DNA of 64,000 bases from Dehalococcoidia bacterium (GTDB taxonomy: Bacteria > Chloroflexota > Dehalococcoidia > GIF9 > AB-539-J10): positions 64,001-128,000 of the forward strand of contig JAUWOR010000004.1 of NCBI GenBank assembly GCA_030612025.1. Direction: 5' to 3'. The translations under genes and the position numbers were made by a program. Below the pieces are notes generated by a model. The model made no database searches. It was not told the DNA's origin and worked only from the letters and a program-made list of their open reading frames with translations. Shown here in pieces: positions 38,621 to 49,499 of this stretch. Position 1 is the first letter of the stretch. Each line of letters begins with the position of its first letter.

Positions 38621-40363
38621 ATGCGTTTCTCTAAACTTTTTGGCAAGACTTTACGACAGGCGCCATCAGAAGCAGAGAGCATAAGCCACAGGTTACTGCT
38701 CAGAAGTGGCATGATTGCCCAGATAGCTGCTGGCATCTATTCCTATTTGCCCTTAGGCTGGCGAGTGCTTAAGAAAATAGAGAGCATAATTAGAGAGGAG
38801 ATAGATAAAGCTGGCGGGCAAGAATTGATGCTGCCAGTATTGCAGCCCTTCGAACTATGGCAGCAATCAGGAAGAGATGTTTCCTTTGGCCAATCTCTGT
38901 TCACCCTGACTGACCGCAAGGAGCACAAACTGGTCTTGGGACCCACACATGAAGAAGTTGTTGCTGAGCTTGCTCATCGCTATGTGCAGAGCTACCGCGA
39001 TCTCCCTTTACTCCTTTACCAAATACAAACTAAATTCCGCGATGAGCCTCGCCCTCGTGGTGGATTACTGAGAGTCCGAGAATTCATTATGAAAGACCTT
39101 TACAGCTTTGATGTTGATGCGGCTGGTCTGGATGAAAGCTATGAGAAAATGAGCCAAGCTTACAAGAATATCTATGCTCGCCTTGGTTTACCAGCCTTGA
39201 TGGTAGAGGCTGACAGTGGTGCCATAGGTGGCAAAGAATCTCATGAATTTATGGTCATCACTGAGACTGGCGGGGATGAGGTTATCTATTGCTCCAATTG
39301 TGGCTATGCCGCTAATGCGGAGAAGGCTCAAAGTGCCAAAGCCACAATAGAGGATGTCATTGCGAGCCGAAGTCCTGAACAAAGTGAAGGAGCAGCAAAG
39401 CAATTTCTTCCTCTAGAAGAAATAGCCACGCCGCGTTGCAAAACCATAGAAGAGGTAGCTAGCTTTCTTGGCGTGTCAACGAATCAAACTTTCAAAGCCG
39501 TATTTTATTCCGCAGATGGCGAATTTGTCTTTGTCGTTATCCGAGGCGACTTAGAAGTGAATGAAACAAAGCTAAGAAATACGCTGAAGTGTTCCGAGCT
39601 TAGATTAGCTACTGAAGGCGAGGTAAGTGAGGCAGGCATAGTGGCCGACTTTGCTTCGCCTATTGGTATAAAAGATGTCAAAATTGTTGCTGATGATTCC
39701 ATAACCTGGGGCGCTAATTTCATCGCTGGAGCTAATAAACCTGGATATCACTTTAAGAATGCCAATTACCCCAGAGATTTTCAGGTTGACTTAATGGGTG
39801 ATATTGCCCTGGCTCACTCCGGAGATAACTGTCCTAAGTGTGGTAGTAGACTGTCTTCTGCTCGTGGCATCGAAGTAGGACATATATTTAAGCTGGGCAC
39901 CTTTATCAGCGAAAAAATGGAGGCATTCTTCCTAGATCCCAACGGAGCATCTCGGCCTACTGTTATGGGTAGCTATGGCATTGGATTAGGACGCCTATTA
40001 GCAGCTATAGTAGAGCAGAGCCATGATGATAAAGGTATTATTTGGTCCCTCTCTATTGCTCCCTACCAGGTTTATCTTTGCCCCCTTTATTTAGATAACA
40101 CCGAAGTTGCCCCCCTAGCTGAAAAGGTATACCAAGAATTGGGCAAAAAGGGAGTCGAAGTTCTTTTCGATGACCGTGATGAATCCCCCGGAATTAAATT
40201 CAACGATGCTGACCTTCTGGGGATACCTCTACGTCTAACCCTAAGCCCGCGCACTCTAAAAAGCCAAAGCATAGAGGTGAAATGGCGCACAGGGAAAGAA
40301 ACCCAGCTTTTGCCTTTGGGTAGTGTCGCTGCTGAAGTGAGAAAGCTGCTAAAAAGAAATTAG
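38621..40363 (+). CDS. proS: Proline-tRNA ligase (with editing domain)
   Basis: GPTHEE, FRDEPRPRGGLLRVREF, GIEVGHIF, YGIG; repeat-derived insertion. Confidence 0.96.
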   Translation: MRFSKLFGKTLRQAPSEAESISHRLLLRSGMIAQIAAGIYSYLPLGWRVLKKIESIIREEIDKAGGQELMLPVLQPFELWQQSGRDVSFGQSLFTLTDRKEHKLVLGPTHEEVVAELAHRYVQSYRDLPLLLYQIQTKFRDEPRPRGGLLRVREFIMKDLYSFDVDAAGLDESYEKMSQAYKNIYARLGLPALMVEADSGAIGGKESHEFMVITETGGDEVIYCSNCGYAANAEKAQSAKATIEDVIASRSPEQSEGAAKQFLPLEEIATPRCKTIEEVASFLGVSTNQTFKAVFYSADGEFVFVVIRGDLEVNETKLRNTLKCSELRLATEGEVSEAGIVADFASPIGIKDVKIVADDSITWGANFIAGANKPGYHFKNANYPRDFQVDLMGDIALAHSGDNCPKCGSRLSSARGIEVGHIFKLGTFISEKMEAFFLDPNGASRPTVMGSYGIGLGRLLAAIVEQSHDDKGIIWSLSIAPYQVYLCPLYLDNTEVAPLAEKVYQELGKKGVEVLFDDRDESPGIKFNDADLLGIPLRLTLSPRTLKSQSIEVKWRTGKETQLLPLGSVAAEVRKLLKRN

Positions 40364-42762
40364 CTTCGCAAGGTTGCGCCCAGTCCCTGATGTAGTCTAT
40401 CAAGCATCTGCTTTTGGATTATGTCAACTTCCTCATCAGTTAAAGTATGCTCAGGTGATTGATAAACAATCCTTATAGCGAAGGATTTCTTGCCTTCAGG
40501 TATTTGCTCACCTCGATAAAAGTCAAAGAGCGTGACTTTCTTTACTAGCGGGAAGCTCCGGATTACATCCTCCACCTGCTGATAGCTTACTTGCTTATCT
40601 ATTACTAAGGCGATGTCTCTAGTTATGCTGGGAAACCGTGGGATAGGCTGATACTGCTTTACTTTAATTGTTTTGCTCAACAACTTCTCTATATCCATTT
40701 CAATAAGATAAACAGCATCAGAAAGCTCGAAGGCTTGTGCTACCTTGGGATGCAAGTTACCTACAATACCAACTTTGTCACCGCCGATGATTATATTAGC
40801 TGCCCTTCCAGGTAATAGGCTTTCATCATCGCTGGCTTCAAAGGTTGCTTCTAGTCCCAATTGGTTCAAAAGGTTCTCTACTACCCCCTTAGCATCAAAA
40901 AAAATGAGTTGCGCCTTATTAGCATGCCAGGACAATTCTGCCTCTGGGCCGCTAAGTGTAGCACAAAGCATCTCCTTTTCTTGTGGCAGCTCATTCCCTT
41001 GTGGCAAGAATATCTTGCCGATTTCAAATAATCTTATGCCCTTTTCCTCAATCCTTTGATTGTGTGCCAAGGTAGTTAGCAAGCCAGGACACAAAGTAGT
41101 ACGCAAGTATTCTTGCTCCTTAGTCATAGGGTTAGCTATCCTTAGGGGTGGAATCTCTAGCTCGAACTTTGGAGAAATTTTTTGCAACCTCTCTAAGCTA
41201 GTTAAAGAGTAAGTCAGTATTTCTTGAAAACCGCAGCCGGTGAGAATACTTCGTAATCTTTGTTTAAACTTGCGCTCTGATGTTGGTTCTTGCTTAGGTA
41301 AGGGAGAGCTAAGCCTAGTAACAGGAACCTTGTCATAACCGATAATGCGAACCACCTCTTCTACCAGGTCAGCAGAGCACCTAATGTCACTACGCCAATA
41401 AGAAGTGACTACCAAGATTTGTGACGCTGAGTCGGCATGCTGACATTCAAAGCCCAAGGATTTTAATACCTTAAGAATCTTAGCTAATGGTACCTTCAAG
41501 CCTGAAAGTCGCTCCACCTCCTCAGCAGAAAGTAGTATGTCTTTTGGCTCTAGCTTTCCTGGATAAACATCAACTATACCCCTGGCTGCTTTACCACCGG
41601 CCAGCTCTAGCAGCAATTGAGTAGCCCGCTTCAGCGGCAGCAGTGGTAAGTCAGGATTTAGCCCTTTATCAAAGCGAATTGAAGCTTCACTCTGTAAATT
41701 AAGGCAGCGGCATCCTTGACGAATGATAGCTTGGTTGAAATTTGCCGACTCCAAGAGAATAGAAGTGGTTTTATCTGTAACCTCGGTATCTGACCCCCCC
41801 ATAATTCCAGCAATAGCAACAGCCTTTTCTTTGTCAGCAATGACTAAAGCGTCAGGGCTAAGGACACGCTCTATTCCATCAAGGGTGGTTATAGTTTCGC
41901 CATTTTTAGCCCGACGGACAATAATCTGTTTACCTTCAAGCTTATGATAGTCAAAAGCATGGAGAGGCTGCCCATATTCCAGCATCACGTAATTGGTAAC
42001 ATCAACCACGTTGTTAATAGGACGCATACCATAGCTACTCAGGCGCTGTTGTAGCCAGCCAGGAGAAGACGTTACCCTAACCTCCATGATTAAGCTAGCG
42101 CAGTACCTAGGACATAAACTTGGGTCAATTATGTCAACCTTGACAAAGGAATCTATCAGAGCCTCTGTTTCTTCATAGCCTAACTCGGGCAAATGAAGTG
42201 GTTGCTCAGTAAGAGCAGCAATTTCTCTCGCAATGCCAATTATGGATAAGCAATCTGGGCGATTGGGTGTTATATCTAAATCAAAAATAACATCGCCTAA
42301 ATAGTCTCTAAGAGGCATGCCTATGGGAGCTTCTGGTGGTAATACCATGATGCCCTCATGACTATCAGAGATCCCCAATTCCTTTTCAGAGCAAACCATG
42401 CCCTCAGAAAGAATGCCACGAATTTCAGCTGGCTTTAGCAAAATAAGTTTCCCAGTATGACCATCTATAAGTTGTGCTCCTACAGAAGCGAAAGGCACCT
42501 TCTGCCCGAGGCTAATGTTTGGGGCACCGCAAACTACAGTAATCTGCTGGGGGCCGAGATTAACAGTAGCTAGCCTTAGGCGATCTGCATTAGGATGTGG
42601 ATTTAAAGCTATCACTTCTCCTACTACTATGTTGTTCCAGGTGCTGCCTGTAATCTGTAGGTCTTTGACTTCCACGCCGGCCATAGTTAGCTTTCTAGCT
42701 AGCTCTTTAGGAGCAAGCTTGATGTCACTATAATCTTTAAGCCATTTAAGCGAAGCTTTCAT
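40360..42762 (-). CDS. pheT: Phenylalanine-tRNA ligase beta subunit
   Basis: HPNADRL, VCGAPN, TPNRPD, DLVEEV.RI.GY, RDIA. Confidence 0.96.
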   Translation of the reverse strand: MKASLKWLKDYSDIKLAPKELARKLTMAGVEVKDLQITGSTWNNIVVGEVIALNPHPNADRLRLATVNLGPQQITVVCGAPNISLGQKVPFASVGAQLIDGHTGKLILLKPAEIRGILSEGMVCSEKELGISDSHEGIMVLPPEAPIGMPLRDYLGDVIFDLDITPNRPDCLSIIGIAREIAALTEQPLHLPELGYEETEALIDSFVKVDIIDPSLCPRYCASLIMEVRVTSSPGWLQQRLSSYGMRPINNVVDVTNYVMLEYGQPLHAFDYHKLEGKQIIVRRAKNGETITTLDGIERVLSPDALVIADKEKAVAIAGIMGGSDTEVTDKTTSILLESANFNQAIIRQGCRCLNLQSEASIRFDKGLNPDLPLLPLKRATQLLLELAGGKAARGIVDVYPGKLEPKDILLSAEEVERLSGLKVPLAKILKVLKSLGFECQHADSASQILVVTSYWRSDIRCSADLVEEVVRIIGYDKVPVTRLSSPLPKQEPTSERKFKQRLRSILTGCGFQEILTYSLTSLERLQKISPKFELEIPPLRIANPMTKEQEYLRTTLCPGLLTTLAHNQRIEEKGIRLFEIGKIFLPQGNELPQEKEMLCATLSGPEAELSWHANKAQLIFFDAKGVVENLLNQLGLEATFEASDDESLLPGRAANIIIGGDKVGIVGNLHPKVAQAFELSDAVYLIEMDIEKLLSKTIKVKQYQPIPRFPSITRDIALVIDKQVSYQQVEDVIRSFPLVKKVTLFDFYRGEQIPEGKKSFAIRIVYQSPEHTLTDEEVDIIQKQMLDRLHQGLGATLRS

Positions 42763-42777
42763 GTTAGCTACTAAAAT

Positions 42778-43812
42778 CTAGAATTGTTTTAAAAACCTAA
42801 GGTCATTACGGTAAAAGAGGCGAATATCGTCTATGCCGTAGCGAAGCATGGCGATGCGCTCTACACCCATACCAAAGGCAAAGCCACTATAGATTTCAGG
42901 ATCAATATCACCACGCTTGAGGACATCAGGGTGGGTCATCCCTGCGCCCAATATTTCAATCCAGCCGCTGTAGCCACACAGTCGGCAGCCAGTTCCATGA
43001 CAGGCTGAGCACTCAATAGCCACCTCCACCCCAGGTTCGACAAAGGGGAAGTAATCACATCGGAAGCGTACTTTCCTTTCCTCACCAAAAAGGCAACGAC
43101 TAAATTCAAACAAAGTGCCTTTCAAATCAGCCAAAGTAATATCCTTGTCTATAGCTAATCCTTCAACCTGATATAACATAGATTCATGGGTAACATCGGT
43201 TGCTTCATATCTATAAACCCGCCCTGGCATTATAGCTCTTATCGGTGGGCGCTTCTTTTCCATCAGCCTTATCTGCATCGGCGAAGTATGGGTGCGCAAA
43301 AGCCTAGATTCTTTATCCATCTCGGGATCTACCCACAAAGTGGCGAACATATCCCGTGCCGGGTGCCATTGAGGGATATTTAGAGCCTCAAAGTTATAAT
43401 AATCCCACTCAACATCAGGCCCCTCAAAAACTTGAAAACCCATGTTCTTGAAAACATCACAAATTTCCTCCAGTACTTGGGGGATGGGGTGAAGTCGTCC
43501 TATGGGGACAGGCCGACCAGGCAAAGTAACATCTAACCCTTCACGCTCTAAGGAAGTAGCCAGATGGATTTCTTCTAGAAACTTTCTCTTTTCAACTAGG
43601 CCAGATTCTAAAGCTCTCTTGATTTCATTAGCTTGGGCGCCTACTTTTTTTCGCTCCTCTAGAGGTAAGGTAGCTAAAGAGCGCAAAATTTGAGTTAACT
43701 TGCTTTTCTTGCCCAACTGGTGAACTCGCCATGAGCTGAGTTCCCTAAGTTCGCTAACTTGGTTTAATTCACTCAGAGCCTCTCGGCGAAGTTCCTTAAG
43801 TTGCTTGAGCAT
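42778..43812 (-). CDS. pheS: Phenylalanine-tRNA ligase alpha subunit
   Basis: [31 protein letters not shown]. Confidence 0.96.
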   Translation of the reverse strand: MLKQLKELRREALSELNQVSELRELSSWRVHQLGKKSKLTQILRSLATLPLEERKKVGAQANEIKRALESGLVEKRKFLEEIHLATSLEREGLDVTLPGRPVPIGRLHPIPQVLEEICDVFKNMGFQVFEGPDVEWDYYNFEALNIPQWHPARDMFATLWVDPEMDKESRLLRTHTSPMQIRLMEKKRPPIRAIMPGRVYRYEATDVTHESMLYQVEGLAIDKDITLADLKGTLFEFSRCLFGEERKVRFRCDYFPFVEPGVEVAIECSACHGTGCRLCGYSGWIEILGAGMTHPDVLKRGDIDPEIYSGFAFGMGVERIAMLRYGIDDIRLFYRNDLRFLKQF

Positions 43813-44173
43813 TTGTGTTTTCAGATGAAACAGAAGCCATTAATTTAGCCAGGCCTTCAGGATCCTTAACTGCCATCTCAGCTAGCATCTTGCGGTTTAT
43901 TTCCCTGTTTGATTTCTTTAAGCTAGCCATAAACTGACTGTAGGAAAGCCCTTGAGCTCGTGCTGCGGCATTGATGCGAGCAATCCATAATCTCCTGAAA
44001 TTGCCTTTTCGCTCTCGACGGTGGCAGTAAGCGTAATCCAAAGCATGAAGCATAGATTCATGAGCTGTGCGATATAAGGCATGTCGTGCCCCAGAATGGC
44101 CCTTGGTTAACTCAAGTGCCTTTTTATGGCGCCTATGAGTGACTTTCCCGCTTTTAGCTCGTGGCAAAATCAT
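43796..44173 (-). CDS. rplT: 50S ribosomal protein L20
   Basis: [23 protein letters not shown]. Confidence 0.95.
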   Translation of the reverse strand: MILPRAKSGKVTHRRHKKALELTKGHSGARHALYRTAHESMLHALDYAYCHRRERKGNFRRLWIARINAAARAQGLSYSQFMASLKKSNREINRKMLAEMAVKDPEGLAKLMASVSSENTNAQAT

Positions 44174-44519
44174 CCTCCCTTAGCTTTATTTCCGGAAGTC
44201 GCTTTTTCTCTTTGGTAATAGAATAAACTACTATTAACGCAACACCAATAAATAGGAAGACAAGTCCGGGGATACCGGTTGCCTTGCCTATCCGGAAAGC
44301 AAAAGCGCTGATGATAAGAGCTATACCTATCCCGGTTACTATGGAGCCTGCAAGCAAGAATCCCCAACCAGGAGGGCCTAGTGGTTTTGCTTGCTTTGGC
44401 TGGTATAGCCCCTTCTCTATTAAAGCCATATCTTTTTTATGCTCCCAATAAATTGCCCAGCCACCACAAGATATACCAAGGACTATTGCCAAGATAGGAA
44501 TTAGAAGGGCCCAATTCAT
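44154..44519 (-). CDS. Small 3-TM membrane protein (DUF6249-like) between rpmI and rplT
   Basis: SD AGGAG; ALIEKG motif after TM1; G.G.AL and PGL..LFIG.ALI helices. Confidence 0.7.
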   Translation of the reverse strand: MNWALLIPILAIVLGISCGGWAIYWEHKKDMALIEKGLYQPKQAKPLGPPGWGFLLAGSIVTGIGIALIISAFAFRIGKATGIPGLVFLFIGVALIVVYSITKEKKRLPEIKLREDDFATS

Positions 44520-44537
44520 TTTTTAATCTCCTTTATA

Positions 44538-44735
44538 CTATTTATAAGGCAAAAGTCTTCCTACTCGCTTTTTATCTGCCGAAGAGACTGACATAAGCTC
44601 GTCATAAAGACGCTTGGTTCGAGGAGCTTTTTTCCGTCTTAAGTGGCTTTTGCCACACTTAGTCCGCATGAGCTTGCCACTACCTGTTATGTGAAAGCGC
44701 CCCTTCACTCCTTTATGAGTCTTAAGTTTTGGCAT
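44538..44735 (-). CDS. rpmI: 50S ribosomal protein L35
   Basis: MPKLKTHKG..RF.ITGSGK...H...LLPY. Confidence 0.95.
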   Translation of the reverse strand: MPKLKTHKGVKGRFHITGSGKLMRTKCGKSHLRRKKAPRTKRLYDELMSVSSADKKRVGRLLPYK

Positions 44736-45270
44736 CTGATTTCACCACCGTAGATTTTTTCGCCGGAGAAGGCAAAAGGATTAAAGCTATATGCCTTGCA
44801 TCCTTAACAAGATGGTCGCTTGCTACTGCTTCTTCTTTTAAGGCTTCGGCCACCTTCTGTAGCACCTTCCAACCTAATTCGGGATAAATAACCTCACGTC
44901 CTCTAAACCTCACCGATACCCTTACTTTACTACCTTCCTCCAGCAATTTTCTTATTGTTCTAATCTTCGCTTGTAAATCATGTTCCTCAATTTTTGGTCT
45001 AAAACGAACTTCTCTAAGCAAGCCAATTTTTTGACTCCTTTTTACTTTCCGTTCTTTTTTCGATTGTTCATATTTATACTTTCCATAATCAAGAAGCCGA
45101 CATACCGGTGGAATGACCGTTGGTGATACTTCAACTAAATCAAGGCCATGTTCTAGAGCAAGCATTGCAGCTTGCTGCAGAGGTACTATACCCAGCTGTT
45201 CTCCTTCCTCTCCTATAAGCCGAACTTCTTTAACTCTAATTTGCCTATTAATCCGTAAGTGTTTAACTAT
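44722..45270 (-). CDS. infC: Translation initiation factor IF-3, non-canonical ATA start
   Basis: Frame extends upstream to ATA at 45270 (SD GAGGTG): xVKHLRINRQIRVKEVRLIG...; DYGKYKYE, FRGRE. Confidence 0.92.
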   Translation of the reverse strand: MVKHLRINRQIRVKEVRLIGEEGEQLGIVPLQQAAMLALEHGLDLVEVSPTVIPPVCRLLDYGKYKYEQSKKERKVKRSQKIGLLREVRFRPKIEEHDLQAKIRTIRKLLEEGSKVRVSVRFRGREVIYPELGWKVLQKVAEALKEEAVASDHLVKDARHIALILLPSPAKKSTVVKSDAKT

Positions 45271-45294
45271 ATCTTTTCCACCTCATAAAGTAAT

Positions 45295-47016
45295 TTAGCG
45301 CTTGGCCTCTATATCTCTTCTTATCTTTGCCTTGACCTGTGAAATAGTTTGCGAGCCTATATCCTCGCCACTCCTTAAGCGAAGCGACACATTGGACGAA
45401 GCTACCTCATTATCACCAACTATAATCATGCATGGTATCTTATTTAGTTGGGCTTCCCTTATTTTCAAGTTCATTCTCTCTGAGCGGTCGTCAACCTGAG
45501 TGCGAATGCCCTCTTCTTTAAGCTCATTTCCCACTTGGTGAGCATAATCAATATGACGATCCGCTATAGGAATTATTACAGCCTGAACTGGTGATAGCCA
45601 CACAGGAAAAGCACCACCATAATGCTCAATAAGACAAGCTAAGAAGCGTTCCATGCTTCCTAAAACAGTGCGATGTATCATTGTTACATTGTGTTCTAAG
45701 CCATCAGCACCAATGTAACAAACATTAAATCGTTGTGGCAAATTGAAATCGACCTGAATGGTAGGGCCTTGCCAAGCATGTCCTAAAGCATCTCTAAGTT
45801 TAATATCAATCTTAGGTCCGTAAAAAACTCCTTCGCCAGGATCCAGTTTGTAGGGCAATTTAAGTTTTTCTAAGACCCTTCTTAAAGATTCTGTAGCTCC
45901 CTCCCACATTTCAATAGTCCCAGCATATTTCTCCGGACGTGTGGATAATAGCAATTCATAATCACCAAAGCCGAAAGTGGACATCATAAACTTTGCTAGT
46001 TCTACCACTCCCATTACTTCTGCTTCAGTTTGGTCAAGGCGGCAGAAAATATGAGCATCGTCTTGAGTGAATCCCCTTACTCTAGCTAAGCCATGTAGCA
46101 CCCCGGTGCGCTCATACCTATATACCGTGCCTAATTCGGCATACCTCAGAGGTAAATCGCGATAGCTACGCAGTTGACTTTTATAAATCATGATATGTCC
46201 CAAGCAATTCATCGGCTTTATTATGTATTGTTGTCCTTCTACTTCCATTGGTGAATATAAGTAATCCCGATAAAATTCCCAGTGCCCGCTGGTTTTCCAC
46301 AAATCTAACTTGGCAATATGAGGAGTATAGACAATATCGTAGCCTTGCTTAATATGTTCCGCCTTCCAAAAATCCTCAATAATCCGCCGAATTAAAGCAC
46401 CTTTAGGGTGCCAACAAATTAAACCAGGGCCAATTTCCTCGTGAATACTGAAAAGATCGAGCTCTTTGCCTAGCTTCCTATGGTCTCGTTTGGCAGCTTC
46501 AGCCTGGCACAATAAATAATCCTCAAGCTCTGCTTGGCTATCAAAAGCTACACTATAAATTCTCTGCAACATGGGTTGTCTCTCATCGCCACGCCAATAT
46601 GCTCCGGCGATATGAGTAAGCTTAAACGTTTTCACTTCCCCTGTAGAAGCTATATGGGGGCCACGGCATAAATCGGTAAAAGAACCTTGCTTATAGATAG
46701 CTACTATAGCATCAGGGAGTTCATTAATAAGCTCCAGTTTATAAGGTTGGGTGGCAAAAAGGAGACGTGCTTTCTCCTTGCTTACCTCCTCTCTGATGAA
46801 AGGCAAATCAGCATCAATAATCTCCTTCATTTTGCTTTCAATTATGGGCATGTCTTCTTGTGTTAACGGACGTGGTAGCTCAAAATCATAATAAAAGCCA
46901 TTTTCAATAGCTGGTCCAATGCCAAATTTGGCCCCGGGGAAAAGGGATTGCACGGCCTCGGCCATGATGTGAGCAGCAGAGTGACGCATCCTTTCCAATC
47001 TCTCTTCTCTATTCAT
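45295..47016 (-). CDS. thrS: Threonine-tRNA ligase (lacks N-terminal TGS domain)
   Basis: RHSAAH, DLCRGPH, RDHRKLG, KPMNC, FYGPKID, GSMERF. Confidence 0.96.
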   Translation of the reverse strand: MNREERLERMRHSAAHIMAEAVQSLFPGAKFGIGPAIENGFYYDFELPRPLTQEDMPIIESKMKEIIDADLPFIREEVSKEKARLLFATQPYKLELINELPDAIVAIYKQGSFTDLCRGPHIASTGEVKTFKLTHIAGAYWRGDERQPMLQRIYSVAFDSQAELEDYLLCQAEAAKRDHRKLGKELDLFSIHEEIGPGLICWHPKGALIRRIIEDFWKAEHIKQGYDIVYTPHIAKLDLWKTSGHWEFYRDYLYSPMEVEGQQYIIKPMNCLGHIMIYKSQLRSYRDLPLRYAELGTVYRYERTGVLHGLARVRGFTQDDAHIFCRLDQTEAEVMGVVELAKFMMSTFGFGDYELLLSTRPEKYAGTIEMWEGATESLRRVLEKLKLPYKLDPGEGVFYGPKIDIKLRDALGHAWQGPTIQVDFNLPQRFNVCYIGADGLEHNVTMIHRTVLGSMERFLACLIEHYGGAFPVWLSPVQAVIIPIADRHIDYAHQVGNELKEEGIRTQVDDRSERMNLKIREAQLNKIPCMIIVGDNEVASSNVSLRLRSGEDIGSQTISQVKAKIRRDIEAKR

Positions 47017-47254
47017 TATTATTAAGCTCTTACCCTGTAACTAAATAAAAAGGCTCATGCCTAAAACGCGAGGTTTTATAAAATTAAATCCCATTGGAAA
47101 TTTAAGACGTGACAAGCTGTTAGCTTTTACCTTCCGATGTTTTAGCCCTTTTTATCAGCATCCACTAATCAATTGAGAGGAAATGCTCCCCACTACAAAA
47201 TAACTAACCCCCTAATTCACTCTCATATATTTATATTATCATGTTTGCTAAATA

Positions 47255-47327
47255 TGGGCGATACTGGATTTGAACCAGTGACCTCTGCGATGTCAACGCA
47301 GCGCTCTAACCGCTGAGCTAACCGCCC
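47255..47327 (-). tRNA. tRNA-Val(GAC)
   Basis: GGGCGGT...ATCGCCCA; CTGCG-TTGACAT-CGCAG anticodon arm; GGTTCAAATCC. Confidence 0.95.
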
Positions 47328-47381
47328 CTTTTGACCGATTGTAGCAGACATATATAGGAAGTTCAAATCTTCACAATAGAC

Positions 47382-47500
47382 GGTCATTCCACAACACCTA
47401 CCTGTCATTCCGCGTTTTTCGCTGCCTCCTTGCGGAGTTTACCCTGAGTGCGATTCTTCGGTCGCTTCTCTCCCTCAGAATGACAGGAAAGCGAAGGGCC
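47382..47500. repeat. Family A palindromic element copy
   Basis: CGGAGTTTACCCTGAG..GATTCTTCGGTCGCT..CCCTCAGAATGACAGGAAAGCGAAGGG. Confidence 0.75.
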
Positions 47501-47601
47501 AGAGCTTCACCTCAGGATAATAAAATAAACGGTCTTCAAGATGGCGAGAATTATAGTACGTGATATAATAGAGTTACCCTTGCCACATAATATGGGCTAA
47601 G

Positions 47602-48024
47602 ATGATTGAGAAGGCTTTTGAAATCACTGATCATACTGCTGACGTAGGCATTATTGCTTATGGAGCTAATATTAAGCAGCTCTTTTCCAATGCTGCTTTA
47701 GCCTTGTTTAGCTTGATCACGGAGGTCGGAAGCATTAATGAGAAATTGCGGCGCCACATAGAAATAGTTAGTGAAGACAAAGATAGCTTACTAGTAGAAT
47801 GGCTTAATGAGCTTATTTACCTCTTTGATGCTGAGCACGTTTTGTTTAGGAGATTCCATATCGAGAGTTTGGCTAATAACCAGCTTAGAGCCACCTGCTA
47901 TGGGGAAGATTTTGACCCTCTAAAGCACAAGATAAAGACGGGAGTGAAAGCAGCTACATACCATATGTTAAAGATAAACAGGAATAACAGCGGTTATGAA
48001 GTTCAAATAATTTTTGATGTTTAA
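47602..48024 (+). CDS. Archease
   Basis: DHTAD, EWLNEL, VKAATYH, terminal FDV. Confidence 0.93.
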   Translation: MIEKAFEITDHTADVGIIAYGANIKQLFSNAALALFSLITEVGSINEKLRRHIEIVSEDKDSLLVEWLNELIYLFDAEHVLFRRFHIESLANNQLRATCYGEDFDPLKHKIKTGVKAATYHMLKINRNNSGYEVQIIFDV

Positions 48025-48035
48025 GGAGTTAAGGC

Positions 48036-49493
48036 ATGCCACAATGGCAAGGACAACTTGTTAAGATAGACGATTATCATTGGGAAATTCCTCAGAGCTA
48101 CAAAGATGGCATGAGAGTTCCCGGGTTAATCTATGCTAGCGAAGAGATGCTAGCGTCCATGCGTGAGGAACAAACACCAGAACAAGTCGCCAATGTTGCC
48201 TTTCTTCCCGGCATAGTTAAATTCTCCTTTGCTATGCCAGACATCCACTGGGGTTACGGCTTCCCTATAGGTGGAGTTGCTGCCATGAGTGTTAAGGACG
48301 GCGTAATTTCCCCGGGCGGTGTGGGTTATGACATAAACTGCGGGGTAAGGTTGTTACGTACCAATCTTAATGAAGCTGAAGTAAGACCTAAGATCGACCA
48401 GCTCGTTAACCGACTATTCGCTAATGTGCCCTCTGGTTTGGGCTCTGAGGGAAAAATAAAGGTAAGCCGAAAAGAAATGAATGAATTGATGGCTGGAGGG
48501 GCCCGCTGGGCAGTAAAGCGTGGCTTCGGTTCCGAGGAAGACTTAGATGCCACTGAAGAGGGCGGATGCCTGAAGGGAGCCGATCCGAGTAAGATAAGCG
48601 ATAAAGCCATAAAGCGGGGTATGCCTCAAGCGGGCACATTAGGCTCAGGAAATCATTTCCTCGAGGTTCAGGTAGTGAGGGAGATCTTTGACCCAAAGAT
48701 AGCTAGCGTCATGGGTATTAACCAAATAGGCCAGGTATTGGTTCTAATTCACACCGGCTCCCGAGGCTTTGGTCATCAGGTATGCACTGACCATCTGAGG
48801 GTGATGGAAGGGGCGGTATCAAAGTATGGCATAAAACTTCCTGATCGCCAGCTTGCTTGTGCCCCTATAGAATCAAAGGAAGGTAGAGACTATTTAGCTG
48901 CCATGGCATGTGCTGCCAATTATGCCTGGGTTAATCGGCAATGCATTGTTCACTGGGTTAGAGAATGTTTTTCTAAAGTCTTTGAAAAAAGTCCTGAGAA
49001 ACTCGGCATGAAACAGATTTACGATGTGGCGCACAACATCGCTAAGATAGAGGAACATATGGTAAATGGGCAGAAACTCAAGGTTTGTGTACATCGCAAA
49101 GGCGCCACCAGAGCTTTCCCACCTAACCATAAAGACATTCCTCAGAGATATAAGGAGATAGGGCAGCCGGTGCTTATCCCAGGAGATATGGGGCGTTGCT
49201 CTTTCATTGCTGTGGGCACCCAGAAGGCTATGGAGGAAAGCTTTGGCTCTACCTGTCATGGTGCTGGCAGAATGCTAAGTCGCCATGCCGCTAGGCGAAG
49301 CTTGAGAGGTAAGGATATAGCTCAAGATTTGAAGAGGAGGGGTATCACTATTAAGACAGGGGACATACCCTCTCTAGCTGAGGAAGCATCTCAGGCTTAT
49401 AAAGATGTCACCGAAGTGATAGAGGTCTGCCACCAAGCCGGCATTTCTAAGAAAGTAGCCATGACTGTCCCCCTAGGTGTTATTAAAGGCTAG
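48036..49493 (+). CDS. rtcB: RtcB RNA ligase (archaeal/eukaryote-like long form)
   Basis: MPDIHWGYGFPIGG, YDINCG, GSGNHF, HTGSRG, HN, HRKGAT, PGDMG, HGAGR. Confidence 0.96.
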   Translation: MPQWQGQLVKIDDYHWEIPQSYKDGMRVPGLIYASEEMLASMREEQTPEQVANVAFLPGIVKFSFAMPDIHWGYGFPIGGVAAMSVKDGVISPGGVGYDINCGVRLLRTNLNEAEVRPKIDQLVNRLFANVPSGLGSEGKIKVSRKEMNELMAGGARWAVKRGFGSEEDLDATEEGGCLKGADPSKISDKAIKRGMPQAGTLGSGNHFLEVQVVREIFDPKIASVMGINQIGQVLVLIHTGSRGFGHQVCTDHLRVMEGAVSKYGIKLPDRQLACAPIESKEGRDYLAAMACAANYAWVNRQCIVHWVRECFSKVFEKSPEKLGMKQIYDVAHNIAKIEEHMVNGQKLKVCVHRKGATRAFPPNHKDIPQRYKEIGQPVLIPGDMGRCSFIAVGTQKAMEESFGSTCHGAGRMLSRHAARRSLRGKDIAQDLKRRGITIKTGDIPSLAEEASQAYKDVTEVIEVCHQAGISKKVAMTVPLGVIKG

Positions 49494-49499
49494 AGCAAC

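Noticed and set aside
47020-47220. T-box riboswitch upstream of thrS
   Set aside because: A small hairpin plus T-run (AGGC-ATGA-GCCT-TTTT, about 47046-47063, minus strand) exists, but no T-box GGTGGNACC consensus was found.
47223-47408. 61-aa ORF on the minus strand
   Set aside because: It is the translation of tRNA-Val and flanking repeat.
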